A DNA stretch of 63,048 nucleotides, counting the filler. It is 10 parts of 10 records of this genome, joined end to end, with 100 filler letters (N's around TTAATTAATTAA, not from the genome) between each part and the next. Parts side by side here need not be neighbours in the genome. Positions count along the whole stretch, not along the records: positions 44,184 to 47,916 come from SRR7504441_9419; positions 48,017 to 54,411 come from SRR7504441_9420; positions 54,512 to 59,237 come from SRR7504441_9422; 7 more parts are not named here. One strand, written 5' to 3'. A model generated the notes under the pieces. It had not been told where the DNA came from, searched no databases, and saw nothing but the letters and a program-made list of their open reading frames with translations. Shown in pieces: positions 46,790 to 56,459 of the stretch (the stretch's first letter is position 1; the number at the start of each line of letters is the position of its first letter). Made by a program: the position numbers and the translations under genes.

Positions 46790-47916
46790 ATGCTTTGGCT
46801 GGTGATAGCGCTGTGGATGGGCGGCGCTGGCGCCATCACCATCCAGGTGGCCACCAACGGCAGCAACACCGAGGCCTGCGGCCAGCCTGGGGCGGTCCCA
46901 TGCCTGACGATCCAATACGCGATCAGTCTGCTGCAGAGTGCGGGCACTGGGTCGGGCGCGGCTGTTTTGGTTGCCCCTGGGAAATATCAGCCGCCACCGG
47001 ACGGCATCTCGCTCAGTGGATTGGACATGACCATCCGAGGAGAGCCTGGCGCAGTGGTGGAATGCGTAGATTTAGGCGTGGCCTTCACCGCAGAGAGCGG
47101 CCGAAGCGCGGTGACAGCCTTGCATAATAATCTGAGGTATGGGTGGTTGCAGGCTCTTGAGGGGCTGATCGTTCAAGGCTGTGGGGACAAACAAAGATAT
47201 GGCACAGCGCTCTATGTGACCAACAGGGGAACGCAAGTGTCTGTTTCGAACTGCTTATTTAAAAACAACACCAGCGTCGCCGGTGCGATTGCCGTCGTTC
47301 TAGAGGCACAAGCGGTCTTCGAAAACTGCAGCTTCATAGAAAACTTTGGGGCACTTGCTGGAGGTGCAGTGTTTCTCAGCAACGGTGAGAAAGTAGAGTT
47401 TAAAGATTGCCTGTTCCTCAAGAATCGCGAGGGCGAGAAAGGCGGTGGAGCCATCTGGGTGCAAGGGGGTGTCACTCAAATTACCCGAACAAATTTCACA
47501 CTGAACATCGCAATCGGCAGAGGTGGGGCTGTTGCAACAGACCTCAAAGCAACACTGGACTGTATTGAGTGCATTTTTGTTGAGAACGAATCCTTCGACG
47601 ATTTCGAGAATGGAGGTGCTTTCCCCACCTCCAACATGCACTTATTTGAGCTGCAGGCGCGGTGCACCTTCAAGAAATTATATCTGCAAACTTTACTGGC
47701 AGCAGATTTATTACAAACTTTTGTTTAGGCGAAGGTGGGGCCCTTGGTCTAAATGGCGGGGGACTATTTGAATGCACCGGCTGCTCTTTTAAGGATAACC
47801 ACGTATTGCTTCAAGGCGGAGCAGCATATTTAGAAGGTGGAGGCCCAAGGCCTCTTGTAGCAGACTTTTCTCATAGTCTTTGGCAATCAAACCGGGCTGT
47901 GCTTGATGGTGGCGCA
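46790..47916 (+). CDS. Secreted right-handed beta-helix (polymorphic-membrane-protein-like GGA[IV]/FxxN repeat) protein, 3' truncated
   Basis: Signal peptide, C..PCLTIQYAI, and repeated FxxN...GGA(I/V) motifs. Confidence 0.8.
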
Positions 47917-48016
47917 NNNNNNNNNNNNNNNNNNNNNNNNNNNNNNNNNNNNNNNNNNNNTTAATTAATTAANNNNNNNNNNNNNNNNNNNNNNNNNNNN
48001 NNNNNNNNNNNNNNNN

Positions 48017-48413
48017 TCGCCTGTAGAGAGCGCATCGAGCATGCCCTGCTCGGTCTGAACGGAGGAGGTGATCCCGTTGATTGTGGTTTGGCCCAGCGTC
48101 TTACACTGGTCCAGGTTGTCGCCTGGGCTGTGATCGAGAAGCAGGCAGGCAGGGCGCCGCACCTTGCTGCAGCATACTCTCGACTTTGGCTCTGGCGGCG
48201 TCGAACGCAGCGCTGGTGCTGACTTGGACCAACGAGCCCTGCACCGGCCGGTTAGCCGCGCTGAACCGCGTCGTACGTACCTCGGGCACCACCGCGTCTT
48301 TCGAGAGGGCGAGGACGGCGACGGATAGCGCGAGCGTGGCGACTGTGACACGGAGTACCTGAACCGCGATGGATGAGGGCACTCACGTCCCCCAGGCGGA
48401 GCACCGAATGCAT
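48017..48413 (-). CDS. Secreted hypothetical protein, 3' truncated, multi-exon
   Basis: MHS|VLRVTVATLALSVAVLA signal peptide and three GT-AG mini-introns. Confidence 0.6.
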
Positions 48414-48580
48414 CCTTCGGGCACGAGTAGACGCACGCACCGTGCGCCCGGACAGCCGCACGGTGGTGCGTGGAGCAGATATAAAATGTCACGCTGGGAA
48501 GACCGTTGTGAGCTGAGCAACGGACTTATGAACAACGGACGATTTAACGTGCCCAAATCGTGAGTCCTCGCGATCGTGCC

Positions 48581-50119
48581 ATGGTGCTCGCTGGGCTCGC
48601 GGCGGAAGCGGTGGGTTGGCGGGAATCGTCGGCCGGTTCCACGGGATGGCTCGCCGCGCTCGGGCCGGTCGAGCTGGCCGCCGGCCTGGTGGCCTTGTAC
48701 TTGGCTTCGGCCGTTTTGATCGAGATCGGCCGCTCGCTACAGGCGGCCGCCGATTTCGAGTCGACGCCGTCGGACAAGCTGGGCGAATTGCTTCTGAGCA
48801 AGCAGCTGCAGGCCAAGGGGCCGCAGATGGGCCCGGCGCTCGACCGGGCGGTGGGCAAGCTCGGGCGTAAGCTGGACGGCAAGGCGCTCAGCCAGCTGAC
48901 CAAGTCCGAGGCGGTGGGGGGGCTCGGGCTCACGCTGGCCGAGTGGGAGGCGATCGTAGAGGCGCGGCTCCGGCTGATCCAAGTGATGCCGGTCGGCGCG
49001 GCCGTGCTCAAGTCGTGCGGGGCCCTGACCGAGCTGGTGCCCTGGCTGCGTGGGCTGGCCGGCCGAATGTTGCTGGCCGGTCTGCGCGCGCACCTGGACG
49101 GGCCGATGAGCCGGTACAATGTGTGGTGGAAGGCGAGCCCCGGGCACTTGGCGCACGACTCTCTCCCGGTGCTCGAGCAGGTCAAGCTAGAGCGGGCGGT
49201 CAAGTACGATCACGGAGCTGCAGAGAAACTTGATCGGCTCAGCCCGGCCGATGGACCGGTCAACCCGGAGCCGGTGCTGTACGCGCACGGCGGGGGGTTC
49301 GTGTGCTGCTCTAGCGAGATCCTGACGCACAGTTTGACCCCGATCGTGCGGGCTGGGAGCGAGCTGTTCAGCATAGACTACCCTCTGGCCCCGGAGGCCC
49401 CGTTCCCAGCGGCCATCCTCTCCACGCTCCGGGCGATGGCGTTCGTGAAGCGCAGCACCGGGAGCGGCTCGATTCAGCTGCTGGGGGACTCGGCCGGCGG
49501 CCAGTTAGTCATGTACACGGCGGCGCTGCTGGCTGACAGGGCCTGCATGGAGCAGTTCGCAAAGGCGGCCGGCCAGCCGGGGCTGCTCGAGCTCGAGTTG
49601 CCGCGGGTGAGCAAGCTCTGCTCTGTGTACGGCTTCCTGGACACCGGCTCGTGGCAGCAGACCTGGCTCGCGCCGGTGCTCCGCTGCTGCTGGCGGTGCT
49701 ACCAGCCCGGCCCAGCAAGCAGCTTCCCGGCCGGCAGCGTGCTCGATCTTCCTCGGCTGCGGGGGCTGCCACCCACGCTGCTGATTGTGGGCACTGGTGA
49801 CCAGCTGCTCGAGAGCACCCGGCTGGCCAAGCAGCGACTCGAGCAGGCCGGGGTGCCGTGCCGACTTGTCGAGCTGCCTGGCCCGCACGGCTTCCTCGGG
49901 ATCCCGTCCCAGTGGTCGCTCGGCTGGTGGCGCCACAACAGTGCCCCGGCAACTGAGACAATTGTGGAGTTCTTCACCGGCAAAATTGTGCGGTACCCGA
50001 GGGCGGCCCAGCCAGTGGACTGGAGCATCGTGCTAGTGCTGCTGCTGCATGTGCTGGCCGTATGCGCTGTACTTGGGCTGACGTTGTTTGTTGTCTGGAG
50101 CGCTGCTCAACTAATTTGA
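48581..50119 (+). CDS. Membrane-anchored HSL-family alpha/beta hydrolase
   Basis: HGGGF, IDYPLAPEAPFP, GDSAGG, catalytic D (GTGDQL) and H (PHGF). Hydrophobic helices at both ends. Confidence 0.88.
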   Translation: MVLAGLAAEAVGWRESSAGSTGWLAALGPVELAAGLVALYLASAVLIEIGRSLQAAADFESTPSDKLGELLLSKQLQAKGPQMGPALDRAVGKLGRKLDGKALSQLTKSEAVGGLGLTLAEWEAIVEARLRLIQVMPVGAAVLKSCGALTELVPWLRGLAGRMLLAGLRAHLDGPMSRYNVWWKASPGHLAHDSLPVLEQVKLERAVKYDHGAAEKLDRLSPADGPVNPEPVLYAHGGGFVCCSSEILTHSLTPIVRAGSELFSIDYPLAPEAPFPAAILSTLRAMAFVKRSTGSGSIQLLGDSAGGQLVMYTAALLADRACMEQFAKAAGQPGLLELELPRVSKLCSVYGFLDTGSWQQTWLAPVLRCCWRCYQPGPASSFPAGSVLDLPRLRGLPPTLLIVGTGDQLLESTRLAKQRLEQAGVPCRLVELPGPHGFLGIPSQWSLGWWRHNSAPATETIVEFFTGKIVRYPRAAQPVDWSIVLVLLLHVLAVCAVLGLTLFVVWSAAQLI

Positions 50120-50414
50120 TTTTGAGCAACATTGAGACGAAAACTATGAGTTTTGTGCAACTAAGCTTTAATTAATCATTAAAATCTGATTTACAATTCA
50201 AGGTTTCGTCGACCAATCGTAGGCTTTTGACTCTCCTTTGAACAGTAGAGACCGAGAGTGCGAGCGACTCCTAAGTATTCTCTCCGGCAATTGATGCGAC
50301 TTGCTCTGTTGCTCACACTCTGCACCATTTACAAGTAGCATTATTGCTCACGCTCACGCTTTTTAACGACGAGCGACAAGCCTGTGAAGGCGTATCCCGC
50401 CTCCCCGCACCAAG

Positions 50415-52319
50415 ATGCACAAGATGTCGTGTCTGTCCTCGAGTGAAAGTCGAGAGAAGCAGCTGCAGCATGACAAGAACCCGAACCGGATCCAGCGGTG
50501 CGACCTGGTGCCCAAGGATCAGTGGGTCAAGGACGAGCAAGTGGACGGCTGCGAGAACTGCGGCACTTTGTTCAACATGTTCACCCGGCGGCACCACTGC
50601 CGCCGATGCGGGCACATTTTCTGCCGCGGGTGCACCAGCAAGCAGAAGATCGACGGCCAGAAGGTGCTGCTCTGCACCCCGTGCCAGGAAAGCGTCGGGC
50701 TGCGCGAGAGCGGTGAGTATGCCGAGAGCCAGGCGATCCGCAAGACCGGAACCGGCTGGTTTGGGGCCGGGCGGGCGGACCCGGCTGAGGAGGAGGTGGA
50801 CCTGAGCCAGCTGCGGCTGATGCCGGCCCGGCTGGTCAAGCGCAACCCGAAGCTGGCCCAGTCGCTCCGCAAAGGGTTCGGCGAGCTCAAAATTAAGGCA
50901 GCCGGAGCGGGTGGCCGGTGGGCGAGCGGCGGGTAGGTGGTGGAAGCGGTCAACCTGCTGGCGGCCGACCTGAACGTGATGGCGGCCAACAGCTCAGACC
51001 CGTACGTCCGAGTGATGGTCGGGGAGCACAAGCTGACCGAGGCCAGGACGCCAGTGATCAGCGCGACCTGCAACCCACGGTCCGCTGGCCCCCGGGCTGC
51101 AGCCGGCAGCGGGGGGCAGTTGGAACTCGCACCACTTGTTCCCGATCCGTTCGCCGTTCGCTGAGGTGCGGATGCTGCTGTTCGACGAGGACCTAGCCTC
51201 CGGGGATGACGTGCTCGGGATGGTCAACTTCCCCGTCTCAGCCCTCTGCGACAGGCGCCAGTACGATGTCTGGCTGTGAGTGCCGCCAGTGGCCCGGCTG
51301 AGCGCGGGGCAGCTACCTGGCGCCGGCACCTGGGCAGACTGACGAGAGCAACAGTGAGAAGACGAAGGTCCCAGATGGCGCAGTGGTGGGCGGCTGGCCG
51401 GGCCTGGGCCGATCGGGGGCAGGTGGGAATTGGGGGCGAGGGGGTTGCGGACCGGGGGCTCGGGGCGATCCACCTGGTGATGCAGCTCGATTGGGACGAG
51501 CATGGAGAGTTCCTGGCTCACTTCACCAGGCAGCAGCCGCCCAGCCCGCCCCAGCCGGGGATGGACATAGACTTGCTCTACGCCAACGCGATGGCGCTCC
51601 AGGCCCAGGTCTGGCCGTGCATCGAGCTGGTGTTCGCGGCGCTGGCCCTGCTCAAATGGGAGAACCCGCACCGCTCTCGAGTAGCGCTGGCGACTTGGTT
51701 GGTATGCTGCTACTGGCCGTGGGTCACCCCGCTGGTGCTGCACCTGCTGCTGCTCAGGCACCTCTGGGCCAAGCACGCCTTGATCAAGCCGGCCGGGGCC
51801 GAGCAGGGCGAGCTGGTCTCACCGCGCTCACAGAAGGAGAACGAGGTGCGCGCGCGGCGGCGGCTGTGGCTGAGTGGATCGCAGGAGAAGCACGCGGCCA
51901 CACTCGGGTGGGTGGGCTCGATGGCCAACTCGTCCAAGCTGATGATGCCGGCCGAGACCAAGAGCTGGCTGGCCGGGATCCAGAACACACTCGGCTCAAC
52001 CGCTGCCACTCTGGACGGGGTGTACGGCATGTTCGACTGGAGGGACTACGGTACCACCAAGTCGATCACGCTCGGGGTGCTGGCCAGTCTGTTTTTGCAC
52101 GCGACTGTGCTCTCGTTCGGGTACACCTGGGGGCTGGTCGGGCTGGCGATGTTCTCGCTGTTTACCTGGGTGTTTTTGGACGGAATGAACGCGATAGGCG
52201 GGCTGTCCTCGTACTACATCGGCAAGTCTTTCTACCGACTAGCCGCCCAGGCCAAGAAGGAACAGGAGCGCCGGCCGACCAGAGCCAGCCCTGCATGGTT
52301 CAAGCCCAAGAAGCAGTGA
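50415..52319 (+). CDS. FYVE + C2 + C-terminal membrane (MCTP/PRT_C-like) protein, multi-exon
   Basis: WVKD...RRHHCRRCGHIFC FYVE, C2 (VVEAVNLLAAD...SSDPYVRV...NPRWN...FDED..DDVLG), then LLKWENP..S and FDWRD followed by hydrophobic hairpins. Confidence 0.8.
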
Positions 52320-52529
52320 CCATACTTGGGTCTGTCCTAGTTTTGCAGTGTGCTCGTAAGAGTGTTATATGGCATTAATTAATATACAGTTGATGTTGAC
52401 CATAACAGACTCGAATCTGCTAATCCGGCTATTCGATGATAATTATACGTACATGTACGAGTACTCGTACTCGTACCTGACTCGTACCAGTTGTGAAACG
52501 ATTGGAAGTAGACAGAAGCCGCATGAAAG

Positions 52530-53276
52530 CTATGCTTCTTTGTAAGTTGGTTCCGGCATCGGGGCCACTGGCGGGTGCATGCTGGCCGGGGCGGCTGGCA
52601 GGTCACCCACTGGAGCGCCGGGCTCCGCATACTCTGGCACGGCGCTCAGTGGACCCACCGTGTAATGATTCGGGTAATCCGGTGCAACGACCACCCCGAC
52701 GCCCTGGTGGGCCGCCTGCCGGGAGAGCCGACAGTGCATCTCGTTGATCTGCTGGACTACCGCACACCCGTCGCACCAATACACCACGCAGCAGTCCTGA
52801 ACCCCCCCGCCCGCTATGCCCCACTTGCTGCGGACGCTTGATCGCATCGGGCGGGTTAGACAGCACTGGAAGAAGAAAGGCCACAGCAACGGAATCGTGG
52901 AGATCATCAGCGATACCGTACAAAGTCCGATCGTCCAGGCCCCGCCCAGCCAGAAATGCCCGCAGCAGCCGGCTCTATAGTCCCCGGCGCAGCAGGCCGG
53001 CTCTCCGGGCTGGAACAGCCCCGCCAAGTCTCCGAAGGCGCAGGGCACGCACCAGAAGCCGTAGCAGCAGGTGCGGCAGCCGTCGTGCGAGGCCTGGCAG
53101 CAGTCGCACAGCCCGAAGCTCCAGCGGCCCAGCTGGGGCTCGACGGTCTCTACCCAGTGGACCGGCACCGTCTGGCTGCGCACCGGGACCGGCTGGCCCA
53201 ACACCGGCTGGCCGGACGAGGCCGCGTACTCGGGAGGCGCCTCGGGTGGCACCTCGGGCGGCCCGGGTGAAGCCAT
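52530..53276 (-). CDS. PLAC8-family Cys-rich protein
   Basis: WSFGLCDCC, CCYGFWCVPCAFG, RSSVRSKWGI, DCCVVYWCDGCAVVQ. Confidence 0.88.
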   Translation of the reverse strand: MASPGPPEVPPEAPPEYAASSGQPVLGQPVPVRSQTVPVHWVETVEPQLGRWSFGLCDCCQASHDGCRTCCYGFWCVPCAFGDLAGLFQPGEPACCAGDYRAGCCGHFWLGGAWTIGLCTVSLMISTIPLLWPFFFQCCLTRPMRSSVRSKWGIAGGGVQDCCVVYWCDGCAVVQQINEMHCRLSRQAAHQGVGVVVAPDYPNHYTVGPLSAVPEYAEPGAPVGDLPAAPASMHPPVAPMPEPTYKEA

Positions 53277-53440
53277 CCCACAGGACCAGCAGAAGAGGAG
53301 AGCGAAGAGCCTACGGCACCTCAACAACCCATCTTGTGGCGTTCCGTTGGAGCGTGGTCACCGCGGTTCCTGCCGGGGCACTTGCCGGGGCACTTGCCGG
53401 GGCCCTCGTGGCCCAGCCGCGGCACGGTCTGGCTGGGCTC

Positions 53441-54411
53441 ATGACCGACCTGCCGCTCGTGCTGTACGAGCTGCCCGCCTGGGATGGGCCTGCAGCTCAA
53501 GTGGGGGACCCGTGTGCCGCCAGCCCCGGGTTCTGTGCGAACACGCTTGACCACGCCGCAGCAGCCGGGGCGTACAAGAACAAGTGGGGTCGTTGCCATT
53601 GTGCGGGCTGGTGCAGAGATGTCTACAACCAGGTCCACAGCCCCGTCGCCGGCGATCTTCTCCTCACCCCGGCCTCGGGGATCGTGTTCCGGACGCAGCT
53701 GCCCGCTCTCGTCCGTCAGCAAGTGTTCCAGGCTGGAACGTCGATCCGGCTTTGCCCGGTCAGGGAGTCGACGCTCGCTGTGGTCGAGACGCAGTCCATC
53801 AACCGGGGAGTGGCGGGAGCGTTTCAGTTGCAGGCCGCGATGGGCTGGGTAGCGCTTGATCAGCTATGCCAGCTAGGCCGCTCCGTGCTGACTCGGCTAG
53901 ATGCCGGCCCGGCTCAGATGCCGCCCCAATCGACACCTGTGCGGGTGTGGTCAGATGCCGTGAACCAGCTCCGCTACCCAGAGTTCCTGGTGGACGATCC
54001 GTTTGACCCTGCGCCAGAGATTCGCCAGCTGGACCTGGAGCGGGCCACCTCCCAGCTCCCAGCTCGCCGCCAGGAATTCTTTCAGCTTTGTCAGCTTGTC
54101 GACAAGCTGAAGTCAAGCTCAACAGGGTCGTCTTTCCCCGCCCAGGTTCGCACGCTGGACCCCACTCTGGCTCGGACAGGACCTGTCGCTGTCGCTGTGG
54201 CGCAGGATCACACAGACGATCCGGCTGACGTGAAGTGCTGCTGGGGCAAGATGTATTTGATATGGCTGATGGTGCGCTTGGCACCGCTGCTCCACAGCTC
54301 AGGGCACTGGCGGCTGACGTGGGACCCTGTGGCCAAGGCTTACGTGGGTCCGTGGGACCCTGATCCTGTACTTGCCTGGGCAAACAGGGCAAATTTGGCA
54401 CCTTCCAAGCT
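53441..54411 (+). CDS. Hypothetical protein, 3' truncated
   Basis: Open frame with protein-like composition to the contig end. No family recognised. Confidence 0.55.
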
Positions 54412-54911
54412 NNNNNNNNNNNNNNNNNNNNNNNNNNNNNNNNNNNNNNNNNNNNTTAATTAATTAANNNNNNNNNNNNNNNNNNNNNNNNNNNNNNNNN
54501 NNNNNNNNNNNAATGGTGCTGATGATCTGCTTGGCCGCAATCGGCGTTCATCTGAGCTTTATCTAGATCAGAATTTAGATACCTTACAGATTTCAATGGT
54601 TTTTCTCAAAAAATCGTGCGAGGTGGGGCAAGTTCCGGACATTCATGTCGTTCCGGATTCCGTAGTTCCGGGGCCAGGTACCGGTACGCCACGTCGCCGA
54701 GGTAAGCCGCCGACAGCTCGGGGGTGCTGCTCCGGAACTTGTCCATGTCCGCGATGGCTCGGGCCTGGCCCTTGGTCGCCGACAGACTCAACACACGGCC
54801 GCTGCGCCCCGCTGGGACCTCCCGGCGGCCACACCATCGCCATGCATCGGCCGTGTCGACGTCCGCACTGTTCCACTGTTCCGTTCCAGAGACGCCAAGC
54901 CGCTAGGAGAA

Positions 54912-56201
54912 ATGCGGTGCAGCCGCGTCGGGCTGGTGCTAGGCCGGGCCGCTGGCCTGGTGAGAGCGAGCCCTGCGCTGGGTCTGACGCACGGCCAGGC
55001 GGCGCTCGGCAGTGGAGTGGCTGCCACTGGCGGCTGGCCAGCCCCAGGCCCGACAAACGGCGCGGTGGTGATCGGTGCGCTCCGGGGCTGGACCGCCTGA
55101 TCGGATGGCCCAGGCCCGTCGGGCCGGCTGGACCAGGTGTGCACCAGCATCAACTACCAGGCGGCCAGCTGCGAGCCCAGTCTGCGCCGCAACGGCAAGG
55201 TTGGCACCCAGCGCGCGGCCTCGGGCAGCGACAGCGAGCTCTTCGGGGTGACGTGGGATGCTCACCCGGTCTGGATCAGCAACGGGCGCGGCCGGGGGAT
55301 GCGGCTGGACCAGGACGGCTTCGAGCTGCTCAAGGCCCCCGCGCCCCGGATCGACCTGAAGGACGAGCAGGCCATTTTGCGCGACTATTACCCAGCTACG
55401 TGCCGGCTTGTCAAGCAGGCCGCGGGGGCCGACGTCGTAGTGGCGTTCGATCACAACGTCCGGAGCAGCGGCCAAAAGCAGGACGCGCAGAGGATCAAGG
55501 GCGGGAACAGCATACAGGAATCAGCCCACATTGTACACACCGACTACACCTGCACATCCGCGCCTGCCCGTCTGAACCAGCTGACCCAGCCACCCAAGAC
55601 CAACGACACGGTCGCAAGCCTGACTGGCGGGGCTCCGCTGCTCTCCACCGAGCTGGTGGAGCAAGCCAGAAGAGCCGGCGGCCGATTCCAGATCATTAAC
55701 GTCTGGCGCTCTATCACTCCATACCCAGTGCCCCAGGTGAGCCGTGTGCCTTCGAGGCGCTGCAGCTGAGCGACTGTTGAACAGGCGCCACTGGCGGTGT
55801 GCCGGGCGTGCACAGTGAAACCGAGCGAGATGGTCACGTTTGAGATTCACTACGCCGACCGGGTGGGCGAGAATTACTTTATGAAGCACAGCCCGGAGCA
55901 TGACTGGTACTATTACCCAAAGATGAATCGAGACGAGGCGCTAATAATCAAGCAATGGGACTCCGAGAGCAGCTTTGCTGGGCTCGAGCACGGCAGTGCG
56001 GACCCGCTAGATCTCGGGGCAGACTTGCCTGACGGGCCATCGAGCTTTGCATTTCATTCCGCATTCGAGGATCCGACCACGTTACCGGAAGCACCACCAC
56101 GAGAGAGCATAGAGGTCAGGTGCATCGCACTGTTCTTCCCGGATACAAAGCCATTCCGGTGCTCAGATGCCGAGAATGGCCCGAATTTACACCGGCTGTG
56201 A
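54912..56201 (+). CDS. CmcJ/NvfI/AsaB-family oxidoreductase, multi-exon
   Basis: LDQDGFEL, YYP, FDHNVR, VHTDYT, INVWRSI, PLAVC, WYYYPKM, KQWDS, HSAF, RESIEVRC. Confidence 0.85.
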
Positions 56202-56211
56202 TGATTATATT

Positions 56212-56408
56212 CATGGATGTTACATGGATGTACTCGTAAGCTTAGTCTAATTAAGCTTACTTGTAATAAGCCAATGAGGAGGCCGTGCGTTGTAAAGTAA
56301 GACTTGACCCATTAAGTGGTTGATGCATCCGAGTCGTCCTATATGGATCGGTGCATGATTGCATAGATATTTCTCACAAAGTGTAATAAATGATCCTTAA
56401 ATGATCCT
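56212..56408. repeat. Two 9-TA-9 scars (56212-56231, 56389-56408)
   Basis: CATGGATGT-TA-CATGGATGT and AATGATCCT-TA-AATGATCCT. Confidence 0.92.
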
Positions 56409-56459
56409 ACTACTCCTTGAAACCTTTGCTTGCATGACCTCTTGTCATGACGATTTATA

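Noticed and set aside
50415-50936. Stop-codon readthrough or alternative genetic code
   Set aside because: The in-frame TAG is the acceptor of GC-AG intron 50898-50936. TAA, TAG and TGA all terminate genes normally elsewhere.
53371-53403. TGCCGGGGC-ACT x3 as a scar variant
   Set aside because: Simple 12-bp tandem repeat explained by slippage. The spacer is not TA.
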